Shown one piece after another: positions 16,035-28,190 of a stretch of 64,000 nucleotides of DNA (position 1 is its first letter; the number at the start of each line of letters is the position of its first letter). The notes under the pieces were generated by a model. It was not told the DNA's origin, searched no databases, and was given only the letters and a program-made list of their open reading frames with translations. Location of the stretch: positions 4,464,001 to 4,528,000 of the forward strand of contig OZ231126.1 of assembly GCA_965153355.1 (NCBI GenBank), given 5' to 3'. The position numbers were made by a program, and so were the translations under genes. Source of the DNA: Flaccisagitta enflata. Lineage: Eukaryota.

Positions 16035-16479
16035 GTATGTTGTGTCATGTTTTGTCATGTTGTGTCATCCTTTGCAATTTCATGCATAGTTCTTTAGAAT
16101 GTCGGGGTATTAACTTCATTGAGTTGTCGTTTATTACAACAGGTATATTCTAAACAAAAAAAAACATATATTCTAGATGAAAAAAAAAACATTCTGAATT
16201 ATAAAACATCTTGCATTGAATCAATTTATTTTAAAGATGATATCATGCTGACAAAAGATTTGGTAAATATTCTTCAAAATTGCTTATTGGTAGACACTTT
16301 TTTCTTGAAGGTCTTTAAAACTACCTTGAATTTTTTTTTTCTTTTATAGTTTTTCTCAAAAATTGATCATAATAAGTTTGAGCGATATGCATTTTCTAAA
16401 CCTACGCCAGGGACACTTGATTGACAATTCATTTTCTGCCACAATGACTTTTTTTTAATTCCATTTTTGAACTTTGCAG

Positions 16480-16577
16480 TGAATATTTGAGAAGAAAAGA
16501 AGAGAAGCCAAAAATGGAGCCAATTCCTCACTATGTGCTCTTCAACAATGGATCTCTTTTGATCCTCTCCGTCTCAG
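16480..16577 (+). CDS. Protogenin-like exon 3 (Ig1 D-E strands)
   Basis: TTGCAG|..|GTAACA; ..PHYVLFNNGSLLILSVS; phase 2-1. Confidence 0.85.
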
Positions 16578-17462
16578 GTAACAACCTTCTTTTGTTCTTC
16601 TCCTTTGTTCTTCTTATTTGTTCCTCTCGTTCTTCTTATCACTACATGCTTTCTTTTGATCCTCTCCATCTTAAGTAACAACCTTTGTTGTTCTTCTTGT
16701 TCTTGTTCTTCTTGTTCTTCTACTCACTACGTGCTCTTTGTATTTTTTGGTGACTAATTTGAATATGTTTGCAGATGTAGAGCCATTTATTTGACAGGGC
16801 GCCAAATTGTCATTTCCATGATGGTCAGTCCTTTATTTAGGTGCGCCAACGCACCTCTATAACTGGCTGTGTCCGTCGGTTGGTCGGTTGGTCTGTAACG
16901 CATTCATTCGACGATTCACACGGCGCACCTTATTGGCCTACTTGGCCTTGTTAAGTGACTAACTTGGATATGTTTGCAGATATAGAGCCATTTATTTGAC
17001 AGGGCGCCAAATTGTCATTTCCATGATGGTCTGACCTTTTTTTTTGGTGACTAATTTAAATCTGTTCGCAGACGTAGAGCCATTTATTTGACAGGGCGCA
17101 AAGTTGTTATGTCCATCCTAGTCAGTCCTATTTTTTTGTTGACTAATTTGGACATGTTTGCAGACGTAGAGCCATTTATTTGACAGGGCGCCAAATTGTT
17201 ATTTCCATCAAAGTCTGTCCTATTCTTTTGGTGACTGACTTGGATATGTTCGCAGATGTAGAGTCTTTTATTTGACAGGGCGCCAAATTGTCATTTCCAT
17301 CACAATCAGTCCTATTTTTTTGGTGACTAACTTGGATATATTTGCAGACGTAGAGCCATTTATTTGACAGAGCGCCAAATTGTCATTTCCATCATAGTCA
17401 GTTCTATTTTTTTGGTGTCTAATTTGGATATGTTTGCAGACGTAGAGCCATTTATTTGACAG

Positions 17463-17582
17463 GGCGCCAAATTGGCGGACGAGGACGACCTGGCTACCAA
17501 ACTGCCTGGGACCTCGAAGCGGAAGGGCGCAAGAGAGCCGCTCTTCTAGCCAACCCTTCTTACTTGCAACAACTTATCTCAG
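17463..17582 (+). CDS. Protogenin-like exon 4 (symmetric 120-nt insert in the Ig1 E-F loop)
   Basis: TTGACAG|..|GTAACT; GRQIGGRGRPGYQTAWDLEAEGRKRAALLANPSYLQQLIS; phase 1-1. Confidence 0.7.
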
Positions 17583-18197
17583 GTAACTTTTCATATATTA
17601 CTTAACATTCTATTTTACCAATAAAGGCGGCTATCATCGACCGGAAAAAAGTTGTTGTCATGTCTCTTTTTTCAATTTTTTCTCATATCTAGCATTTTGA
17701 CCCAATTTCTCAATTACAAGCTGCCTCACAGCCGTTCTTGCAAGGAAGCTCATTCAAATCAGCCAAACCAGTCAGAAATGGTATTCTTCACATGCCATTT
17801 TTTGCCTAGTTTTTGGCCAGTTCTGTGCCTACCCAGTTTGCAGCTTTCTTAAACCCACTGGTGCACTCACTTTGTTGCTAGCATGCACAGTTACCCCCTG
17901 GGACACTTCAATGTCCAAATGAATTCAAAGGAGTTCAAATATTTCATTTTTGGAAGATAATTGAAAAATTGGAAAAAATAAAAAAGGATCCAAAAAATCA
18001 TAATTCGAAAAATATCAACCTCTAAAATAGTTCAATTTCTTAAAATCTCCCCAAATTAAAATGGAAAAAACCCCACTTCTACCCCATGTTTCAAATCAAT
18101 TATTTTGTATTTCAAATCAATTATTTTGTATTTCAATCTATGGTAAAATATCATATTCTATTATTTGATTTTGTTTTTTAAAAATTTGTCTGTCCAG

Positions 18198-18389
18198 ATG
18201 GAAGCTCGATCGACTCTGGGCGAGCCACGTCGTTCTATGATGGTGATGACAGTGATGGTGGTGATGGTGGTGGCGATAAGGGTGGTGATGACAACAGTGT
18301 CTCCCAAGGAGACGAAGGGTTCTACGATTGCGCAGTCTCTGCCCTGACTATGACTAGAGTCAGTCAACCTGCGTATCTCAGGGTCGCCG
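18198..18389 (+). CDS. Protogenin-like exon 5 (Ig1 F-G strands)
   Basis: GTCCAG|..|GTAAGT; D/G-rich stretch then GDEGFYDCAVSALTMTRVSQPAYLRVA; phase 1-1. Confidence 0.88.
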
Positions 18390-19117
18390 GTAAGTTGTAA
18401 CTGAAATCTCATTTACAGGGTTGATGGGAAAAAATTTCAAAGACGGTACTGATCTTTTGTTTTTATCAGGTTTTCCCGTTTGGGCGAAGCTTTAATTCGA
18501 GTAGATTCGGGTTGAAATGTATCTAACACAGCTCTCACCTTGCCCTAACAATAGCTCTGACCCTAACCCTAACCCTAAAACCAACCCCCATCCCCAACCT
18601 TAACCCTAACCCTACCCCTAACCCTAAATAAAAACCCGCTTAGAAAGTCAGTAAAACAAAAGACATCACCGAATTTGAAAACAGTACCGGTTGATGTTCT
18701 ACTTCGTGTTGCGCCCCCAGTCTTGTCAGACAACTGCAGTTTCTCCAGTACAATTTTAGTTAAAATAACTGTAATCTCATTTGTAAGTGTTGTTATCTTT
18801 TTGATGTTGCACTTTGTGTTGGGCCCCCGGTGTTCTCAGACGATTGCAGTTTCTCCAGTGCAGTTTAAGTTTCTAACGAAAACTTGCTGTTTTCTCATTT
18901 ACAGGGTTGAAGCCGCTCTTTGTGTTGTGCCCCCAGTCCGGCCTGACAACTGCATGATACACAAAACAGTTCTAATTCTTATCTAATTCACTGTTTTCTC
19001 ATTTACAGGGTTGAAGTCGCACTTTGTGTTGCGCCCCCAGTCAGTTCTGACAACTGCATGACATGATATGCAGCACAGTTCTAATTCTTATCTATTTCAC
19101 TGTTTTCTCAATTGCAG

Positions 19118-19262
19118 GGTTGAAGTCGCACTTTGTGTTGCGCCCCCAGTCAGTTCTGACAACTGCGGGTTCTTCGGCGCGGTTTTCATGCTTAGTCGAA
19201 GGCGTGCCAAAAGTCAGATATCGGTGGCAATTTAATGGAGTTGATCTACCTCAAAAACAAAG
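19118..19262 (+). CDS. Protogenin-like exon 6 (Ig2 N-half)
   Basis: TTGCAG|..|GTAAGG; FVLRPQSVLTTAGSSARFSCLVEGVPKVRYRWQFNG; phase 1-2. Confidence 0.92.
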
Positions 19263-19693
19263 GTAAGGCCCAAGTCAGATATCATTGACAATTCAATGGA
19301 GTTGATGTACTTCAAAAACAAAGGTAAGGCCCAAGTCAGATATCATTGATAATTCAATGGAGTTGATGTACTTGGTGGGGGCGGATGGCAGGACAGACGG
19401 ATGTCTGGAAATTCCCCCCTGAGTTCTACAGGACATCGGCCCTTTGGGGCCGCTGCCCAAAAAGGTTTGGGGATCCATGGCAACATGGCAACGTGGCAAG
19501 ATTGAATAGTATACAATTGAATTTTTCAGTACTGTTCTTCCTCTATTAGAATTGAATTGAACTTTTTTCTTGAACTGAATAGAATTGAATTAGACTGAAT
19601 TGGATTGAATTGTACTGAATTGTACTGATTTGAACTTCAGCAATCTCTTACCTGAAGTTTTACGGATCTTTTTTTTCTCTTCTCTCTATGCAG

Positions 19694-19902
19694 ACATCAT
19701 TCAGTGCTGCCTGGCGGCATCCTACAAATCTCAGGAGTATCTTCTTCAGACGCGGGTCGCTATCGATGCATTGCCGAGTGTGATGGAGGAGGAAGAGCAG
19801 GAGGAAGTGCGGCGGCAATGCTTCATCTTCCAAAATCATTTTCTTCAGAATACTGTCGTCCGCTCGTTTCAGATGAGGCAGTTTTGACGGTTGCATCTTC
19901 GG
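19694..19902 (+). CDS. Protogenin-like exon 7 (Ig2 C-half)
   Basis: ATGCAG|..|GTAAGT; VLPGGILQISGVSSSDAGRYRCIAE..VSDEAVLTV; phase 2-1. Confidence 0.92.
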
Positions 19903-20864
19903 GTAAGTCAACTTTTTTTTGGGGGGGGCTTATAAATCAGTTGTTTTGTCATTTTAAGTTCGAGTTTGTTTGGCTGACTCATGTGTTTGTTCTTGCAAGT
20001 GTTTAAAATTGTGCCTCCATGTGTTTATGGGTAACTTTGAATGTGTTGACTGAATGAGTAATGTCCCAAACCAATATTTTGATTACTCTATCCAAATTTG
20101 ATAGGTGACATTTGCACATGCAAGTGAACACGGAACTGCTTGTTTTTTTTGTCCTTAAGATACTCTTTTCTTTATAGAAAGCCCATTATTGGCATGTTAC
20201 TTTTTGGATGTGTCCTCGCATCTCTATACGAGGGTGTGTCGGTCGGTCCGTCCATCCGTAACCCATTCTCTCAAAATCAGTCTATGCACTCCCACACACT
20301 CAGTAACCACCCGCAACCATCATTAGATGTGTCCTCGCGCCTCTTGAGCTGCTAACCTTGCCCCAACAATTGTTGTTCTAGCAATTTGTTTTTTTTTTAT
20401 TAAGTTGCATGAAAGCTTTTCTTGAACTGAATTATATTCTGTTTTTAGAATATTTAGGTTTGTCTTATCTTCATTGCGTAAAGAATATTAACTAGTGTGC
20501 AACTGTTGCATTGATTTATAGACATCTCATTGGGCTCTTAATATTATGAATGAAACATTTGTTACTTTTCCGAAGAAGTGTATTTCTACTTCATGCAACT
20601 AGATTTATGTTTTGTATGTTAATGGGTAAAGGGCGTTTTTGCATAAGATCGCTGACCAAAAGGACGCATCTATTGTTTGTCTATCAAACTTGTTTGTCAG
20701 TTGCTTGCAACGAGACTTTAGACCCAGCTAAATCTGCCCATCCATCCGTAGGTTGGTCCCCTTTTAACTTTTTTGGTGTTTATTAGCTTTTTGAGCCCAC
20801 CACTCCTGCCCTAGCGACCTTCTCCATCACTGCCCCTGCCCACCCGCACATGACTGGGACTCTG

Positions 20865-22130
20865 GGAGATAATCCGTTTTCCTAAGGTGCCCTCAGTATT
20901 GAATTGATACTTGTCTGTGTTCATAGGATATCCCTTTCCCAAAGGTGCCCCTAGAGAAGCCCAGCTCTAATACCTCTATATTCTGACTATATATGAGCTT
21001 TCATTCGTGCTTAATATTTAAACACAGATCAGACAACAACATACAACTACAGCTAAAAGTAAAGTTCGGGCGCTTAAGAATTAAAATGATGCAAAAAAGC
21101 TAACATCGCGTTACCAATGTGAGGCAATTTATTTTCGAAATTCTTTTTTCGTCTAGCAAATATTTCAGTTACTGATAGGTAACCAAACGATTCTCTCAAA
21201 GTTTTGATACTTTCCCATCTGTTGTAGGAGAATATTCGTCGTATAGCATCATTGACTGCGACATGTAAAGATTCCATCTCTCTACAGGAAAATGTTACAA
21301 CTTTGCAAGCATTAGTAATAGTTGGGACACAGATGTTATACAGAAGTTTCATTTGAACAACTTCACTAGGTCCGGCTAAAACATTCAAAATCGAATTGGA
21401 GCTACGATAAAATGCAGCACGTGATTTTTTTGCAGAACAAGAGAATTGTTTCTCGGATTATTAACATGATGCTTGTTTGTATTTTCAGGATATCCTTCTC
21501 CTAAAGGTCGCCTCACAGAAGCCCATTATTGACTTGATACTTGTTTCCATTATCAGGATATCCCTCTCCCAAATGTTCCTCAGAAAGCCCCACTATTGCC
21601 TTGATGCTTGTTTATGTTCCCAGGATATCCCAAAGGTCCCAAAGGTCCCCTCATAAAACCCCATGTTAATAACTTGATGCTTGTTTTTGTTTTCAGGATA
21701 TCCCTCCAAAGGTCCCCGCATAAAACCCCATGTTAATAACTTGATGTTTGTTTTTGTTTTCAGGATATCCCTCCATAGGTCCCCTTATAAAACCCCATGT
21801 TAATAACTTGATGTTTGTTTTTGTTATCAGGATATCCCTCCAAAGGTCCCCTTATAAAACCCCATGTTAACATCTTGATGTTTGTTTTTGTTTTCAGGAT
21901 ATCCCTCCAAAGGTCCCCGCATAAAACCCCATGTTAATAACTTGATGTTTGTTTTTGTTTTCAGGATATCCCTCCAAAGGTCCCCTTATAAAACCCCATG
22001 TTAATATCTTGATGTTTGTTTTTGTTTTCAGGATATCCCTCCAAAGGTCCCCTCATAAAACCCCATGTTGATAACTTGATGTTTGTTTTTGTTTTCAGGA
22101 TATCCCTCCAAAGGTCCCCTCACAGAAGCC
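20865..22130 (+). repeat. 67-nt acceptor echo array upstream of exon 8
   Basis: AG|GATATCC with AG ending at 20926, 21488, 21556, 21623, 21696, 21763, 21830, 21897, 21964, 22031; true site 22098. Confidence 0.95.
20966..21456 (-). mobile_element. 5'-truncated non-LTR retrotransposon fragment (ORF2 C-terminus after the RT domain, plus 3' UTR)
   Basis: FYRSSNSILNVL..SEVVQMKLLYNICVP..NDAIRRIFSYNRWES, typical of LINE ORF2 C-termini. Interrupts a minisatellite unit. Confidence 0.75.
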
Positions 22131-22205
22131 CAAATTGTCACTTCCCGAAATGTGACGGTCCTTCTGCATCACTCGGCCATCATGGAATGCTTATACACCG
22201 GAATG
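22099..22205 (+). CDS. Protogenin-like exon 8 (Ig3 N-part)
   Basis: TTTTCAG|..|GTAAGC; GYPSKGPLTEAQIVTSRNVTVLLHHSAIMECLYTGM; phase 1-0. Confidence 0.88.
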
Positions 22206-22525
22206 GTAAGCTTTTATAGTGGTGAGCTAAACTTATGGTATGCTGAACTGATGGTAAGCTGAACTAATTGTAAGCTGATTTACTAATATGCTAAATTTAT
22301 GGAATGTTAAACCAATGGCAAGCTGAATTAATGGTAAGATAAGCTAATGCTAAGCTGAATTAATAGTGAGCTGAATCAATAGTAAGTTCAATAGTAAGCT
22401 AGACTCATGGTAAGCTGAATTTATAATAAACTGAACTAATTGTAGGCTTAACTACTGGTAGAGAAAAGTAATTGCAAGAATTATCAACTATTTTATCCAA
22501 CATGCGCTCTCTCGCTCTCCAACAG

Positions 22526-22640
22526 GTGTCTACTGTACATAAATACACTTGGACAAAAGATGGTTTAAAAATACCGATTTCGTCCAAATACCGCCTCCTC
22601 AGCAAAAGAAATCTCCTTTTCACTAACGTCACTGCCGCAG
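22526..22640 (+). CDS. Protogenin-like exon 9 (Ig3 middle)
   Basis: CAACAG|..|GTTTGT; YTWTKDGLKIPISSKYRLLSKRNLLFTNVTA; phase 0-1. Confidence 0.9.
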
Positions 22641-23204
22641 GTTTGTTTGTTTGTTTGTTTGTGTTTGTTTGTTTGTTTGTTTGCTTGTTTTTAGAAGATT
22701 GAGATTCCATGGCTGTCGCATTGTTCGTTTAAATGAGACTGATTGAGTGATTGTTAAGGAAATTTTATTGTAACGAAAAATGCATGTCATTGGCCGAATG
22801 AAAATTTGTTGAACGTCTTGATGTGCGAGTGAACAAAATTAAAAAATTAGCATCTGATATGATAAATGATTTTTTTACAAAATGATTGATCGTAAAATTG
22901 AGTGATGAGTGATGCGACAAAAGGCTTCTGCTATGTACATAACCAATTTCCATACCCCCCTCCTATCTCTCTACACCTTCCTCACCTTTTTGCACAATTT
23001 ATGGGACTAAAACCATTTTACGTTTGAGTTTGATCTCATGACCCTCAGGCCTGAGCTATACAGCATTTTTGTCAACTATACAAGTCTACATCTTCCCCCC
23101 TTTTTCCGCTTAGATAATGGGACTTATACCTGCAAGCTTGAATTCAAAGATCATATGACCCCCCCCCCCTTCACTATTCTTCTTACCCCTTTTTTTCCGC
23201 ACAG

Positions 23205-23365
23205 ATAACGGGACATATGCCTGTGAGCTTGAATTCAACGACGGTTCAAAGCGCAAAAGCGAGACTCATCTTCATGTCCTTCTGCCTCCTGTCTTGCAAA
23301 ATCTGCCCATGTCCAGAAAGGAAAAACTGGCCCAAACTGCTAGATTTACTTGCCCTGTTCAACAG
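23205..23365 (+). CDS. Protogenin-like exon 10 (Ig3 end, Ig4 start)
   Basis: GCACAG|..|GTGAGA; DNGTYACE..LHVLLPPVLQNLPMSRKEKLAQTARFTCPVQQ; phase 1-0. Confidence 0.9.
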
Positions 23366-23822
23366 GTGAGAAAAAACGATGAAACAAAATATTTGCGACA
23401 TTTTGAAGTGGGGGAGTTGTGGAGGGATATAGGAGGATTGTCGGGGGGGGGGGGGGAATGTGCAGAAGTAGAAGACGGATTGTTCTTCTGCATAAGAGAC
23501 ATTACTGAGCAACAATCTAGCAAGATAGCTGCCAGTCAAAGGGCGTGTTTCTAGTGAGCGCCAAAAACGCGTTTGTTCCCGTAGAACGCGATAACAGCGT
23601 GAACACATATTCAAGAATTTTAACTGTCCCACGAGGGAGTGAGCGAAGTGAGTGAGCGAGCCCGTGAACGGAGCGAGCGAGCAAAGCGGAGCGCTGCGGA
23701 GCAAGTGAGCGGTGTGAGCGAACGAACGGAGCGAGCGACCGAGCGGCCCGTTCAAAACGTGGTCGTCTTTGACTAGAAACGCCCCTTAATACTATCTTAC
23801 ATTTCTTTGTTTTCCCCCACAG

Positions 23823-23891
23823 GGCTACCCTGAACCCTCAATTACTTGGCTACATAATGGAAAAGTGGTTAATCTGACTGGAAGATTTAAG
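23823..23891 (+). CDS. Protogenin-like exon 11 (Ig4 middle)
   Basis: CCACAG|..|GTAAGC; GYPEPSITWLHNGKVVNLTGRFK; phase 0-0. Confidence 0.92.
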
Positions 23892-24869
23892 GTAAGCTGG
23901 ACCAAAGGCTAATAAAATGTCCCTGACAATGATATCAAGTTAATTGTTAATTGTGAATCAAGGTAACAATGACAATAAGATAGCCCTGAAAATGATCATA
24001 CGTCAATTGTTAATGTTGAATTAAAGTAACAATTAAAATGAAATAGCCCTGACAATGATCTCAAGTTAATTGTTAACTGTCAATAAAGGTAACAATGACA
24101 GTGAAATAGCCCTGACAATGATCTCAAGTTAATTTGTTTCTGTGAATTGAAGTAGCAATCAATGAAATAGCCCTGAAAATGATCTCAAGTCAATTGTTAA
24201 CTGCGAATAAAGGTAACAATAACAATGAAATAGCCCAGACAATGACCTCAAGTTAATTGTTAACTGTGAACTAAGGTAACAATGATAATGTAATAGCCCT
24301 GACAATTATCTCAAGTTAATTGTTATCTGTGATCTAAGGTAACTGTTAACAATTAAGTTAATTCTTAACTGTGAATTAAGGTAGAACTTACTATAAGATC
24401 AAAAAGACAAAATGGTTTAGATTTCATGGAGCGATTGGAGAAGACCAGCTCGCTGTCTGTTTTGCTCTATAAAATGCTGTCAAATACGTTTATCTACACC
24501 GATATTTTTTTCATTCTCCTTTATGTTATAGTTTTCAGTTATGATGGGCAGTTGTGAGTGATCTCTGGAGGCCTAACGGTCATGTTTGATGAATGTTAAC
24601 GGCAGTTGTAACGACCGTCATGTCGCCAATATAATGGTTAAAAGCGCTTCCCCCATCTGGGTAATAATGGCTAAAGCGCCTCCCCCCCCCCTCAACTGAG
24701 CACTAATGGGAAAAGCACTCCCTCGGGTCTTTCAATGATTTGTCATGGGAGATGCAACCGACGGTTTTTTGTCTATCAAGTCTGTAGTTGGAATATTTTT
24801 TTACCTTTTATTACTTAACCTAAAACATCAATCTTCCCTCTTCTATCTGTTTTCCCTTTTTGCCACTCG

Positions 24870-24964
<95 letters not shown>

Positions 24965-24968
24965 GCAG

Positions 24969-25098
24969 CAAATCAAAAAGTGGAACTTGGTGATCCAGCA
25001 GTCTCAGCTTTCAGATCAAGGCCTTTATCAATGCGTGGTGGAAAATGCCGCAGGAAGAGTCATTCAATCTGCTAGACTACGCATTGATTGGAATCAGA
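24969..25098 (+). CDS. Protogenin-like exon 12 (Ig4 end)
   Basis: (CT)n TGATGCAG|..|GTAAGT; LVIQQSQLSDQGLYQCVVENAAGRVIQSARLRI; phase 0-1. Confidence 0.92.
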
Positions 25099-25495
25099 GT
25101 AAGTCTAAATAATGCAGGAACAGTTATTCAATCTGCTAGACTACGCATTGATTGGAATCAGAGTAAGTCTAAATAATGCAGGAACAGTTATTCAATCTGC
25201 TAGACTACGCATTGATTGGAATCAGAGTAAGTCTGAATAATGCAGAAACAGTTATTCAATCTGCTAGATTACGCATTGATTGGAATCAGAGTAAGTCTGA
25301 ATAATGCAGAAACAGTTATTCAGTCTGCTAGATTACGCATTGATTGGAATCAGAGTAAGTTTAAATAATGCAGAAACAGTTATTCAGTCTGCTAGACTAT
25401 GCATTGATTGGAATTAGAGTAAGTTTAAATAATGGAGAAACAATTATTCAATCTGCCAGATTACGCATTGACTGGAATCAGAGTAATTCTAAATG
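25050..25495 (+). repeat. 64-nt donor echo array downstream of exon 12
   Basis: AGA|GTAA with GT at 25099 (true), 25163, 25227, 25291, 25355, 25419, 25483. Confidence 0.95.
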
Positions 25496-25761
25496 CCGCA
25501 GAGCAACACATGCTTAAAGAGAAGCGGGATAAAAAAAGAGCATACTTTTAGTCAGAAATTGCGACAGTACCATTAATACTTTAATGGCAATGACGCGTTT
25601 TGATTTTATTCCCTTTCCCCTTTTTCTCAGTAGTTGTGACAGTAGCATTAAAATTTTAATGGCAATAGCGCGTTTTGATGCTATTCCTATTCCTCCTTTG
25701 TCGGCTATTGCGCCAGTACCATTAAAACTTTTTGATGTTATTCCTTTTCCTCTTTAACCAG

Positions 25762-25902
25762 CAATTGCTCCTTATGAGCCAACTGGAGTCAAAGCGGTGG
25801 CTATTTCCTCTACGAAGATTCGAGTGAGTTGGGAACCTTCCATTCCCAGACTAGAGACCTCACCGGTGGTCGCTTATTCCATCGCTTACTTCCCGACAAA
25901 TG
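25762..25902 (+). CDS. Protogenin-like exon 13 (FN3-1 N-half)
   Basis: AACCAG|..|GTAAGG; APYEPTGVKAVAISSTKIRVSWEP..VVAYSIAYFPTN; phase 1-1. Confidence 0.92.
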
Positions 25903-26251
25903 GTAAGGCCATTATGAAATAATTCATTTGGTCAATCAATCCATCAAATAGTCAATCAATCAATCAATCAATCGATCGATAAATCTTTAAAACTATTATT
26001 AAAACCATTAACAAATTAACCACTTGGCCCGTTCAGTATTTGAGCTCTTTGCATATGCGCCCCTGCCCAATGGGCCTTTGCAGAAGTGTCCCCTGCCTCC
26101 TGCCCAATGCGCCTTTGTAAATGTTCCCTAGGCCCCTGCTCAATGGGCTCTTGCATGACACTGCATATGACAAATACCTTTTCACCCTATTAGATAAGTA
26201 AGTTTCCTCATTTGTCATTGATTTATCAATGATTTGTCATTATAATGTTAG

Positions 26252-26372
26252 GTGGTCTGGAAGACACTGCGTATGGCGACCCAAAGGATCATTTCAAAGT
26301 CATAGACAAAGGATTAAATCCTTTCACAAATTACTCTGTCTACGTTGTCGGTTATTCAAAACTCTATCCCAG
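26252..26372 (+). CDS. Protogenin-like exon 14 (FN3-1)
   Basis: TGTTAG|..|GTAAAA; ..KGLNPFTNYSVYVVGYS; phase 1-2. Confidence 0.9.
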
Positions 26373-26539
26373 GTAAAACTACAACAATATTAACAACAAC
26401 AACAATCACCACATCAACAACATAGCGAACAACATTACCAAACAACAATAACAATAACAACAAATATGGCAACAGCAAAATCAATAACCACAATATCATC
26501 AACGACAACAGCAACAACAACAATAATTGACAACAACAA

Positions 26540-26617
<78 letters not shown>

Positions 26618-26714
26618 CGACCACAACAACAACGACCACAACAACAATAAAAACAACTGTAGCAACAACATAACACAAAAAACCTGAATAACGACAACAA
26701 CGACAACAACAACG

Positions 26715-26770
<56 letters not shown>

Positions 26771-26776
26771 AACAAT

Positions 26777-26815
<39 letters not shown>

Positions 26816-26843
26816 ATCAATATTTCTATTATTTCTGTTTCAG

Positions 26844-26925
26844 TTTGAAGTCGAATGTGGCGACAGTGGTGACTGCGGAGGACATGCCTTTAGCCGCGCC
26901 CACAATCGTCGACCTCTCTCCGCTG
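26844..26925 (+). CDS. Protogenin-like exon 15 (FN3-1/2 linker)
   Basis: TTTCAG|..|GTAAGC; SLKSNVATVVTAEDMPLAAPTIVDLSPL; phase 2-0. Confidence 0.9.
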
Positions 26926-27111
26926 GTAAGCAGAGGAAAAAGAAATGGGGAGATTACTTGAACAAAATGAGCTTGATGCATAAGATGGACAAATGTGATG
27001 GAACAACGGACCGACGGACCGACAGACTGACCAACGGACGGACGGACCGACCGACCGACAGACTAAATATTGACTCATATAGTAATGTGTGGTAGCCACT
27101 AAAAAGTACTT

Positions 27112-27397
<286 letters not shown>

Positions 27398-27408
27398 TCA
27401 TATTGCAG

Positions 27409-27767
27409 GACTGCACTCGATTGTCCCTTCGCTGGCGTCCTTTGACGTCTGCTCAATCCCAAGGCCATGTTATCGCCTACCGCATCTTTATCCGCCGTCG
27501 TCGCTCTCGCAGCAGCAGCAGCAGCAGCAGCGGCGGCGGCAGCAACAAGAGCCGCAGCATTCGCGGTCGATCGTCGGCGGCGTCGGCGGCGGTTGCTGCT
27601 GTTGCAGCATCATCCTCCTCTTCCATGCCGCATTCTCGAAGGAGGAGTAAGAATCGTAGCGCGGAAAGACACTCTTTGGCGTGGATGGACAAAGAACCAA
27701 TTAGACAGTTCCAAGTCTCAGGAAATCTGTCAAAAGTCACTCTCTCTGAACTCCAACCTAATACCAA
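27409..27767 (+). CDS. Protogenin-like exon 16 (FN3-2 with an R/S/A-rich insert)
   Basis: TTGCAG|..|GTAAGA; LSLRWRPL..GHVIAYRIFIR..VTLSELQPNT; phase 0-2. Confidence 0.9.
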
Positions 27768-28190
27768 GTAAGACATGATGTTTGATGACATGACATGAAA
27801 TGAAATGACATTAAATGATGTGAGATCAAATGACTTACAAAGACATGGCATCACATGACTAGGTTTAGTGACATAACACTAGATAAAATGACATTTGATA
27901 ATTGGACATTACCGGACTTGGTTTTTCACACGTTTAGTGGCGTAGTTGGACAAAGAACCAATAAGACAGTTTCAAGTCTCAGGAAATACCGAATAACATT
28001 GAATAATGACATCAAATATCGAATAACATCAATTAGTGACAGTTTCAAGTTTCAGGAAATATCGAATAACATCGAATAATGACATCAAATATCGAATAAC
28101 ATCGAATAATGACATCAAATGAAATGACATTCTTATAAACAACCATTTGTTCTACAAAATCGCGTTTATCCCCATTTTCTTTTATTCCAG

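Noticed and set aside
17440-17462. Alternative acceptor TTTGCAG|ACGTAGAG for exon 4
   Set aside because: Gives an in-frame TGA after six codons; the downstream GACAG keeps the frame.
18555-18628. (TAACCC)n telomere-like repeats
   Set aside because: Short, degenerate and internal to a small insertion with inverted ends (CGGTACTG..CAGTACCG); not a chromosome end.
21460-22130. CRISPR-like appearance of regular repeats (also 49595-51450, 25050-25495)
   Set aside because: Eukaryotic intron context, no unique spacers, no cas genes; units are copies of the adjacent splice junction.
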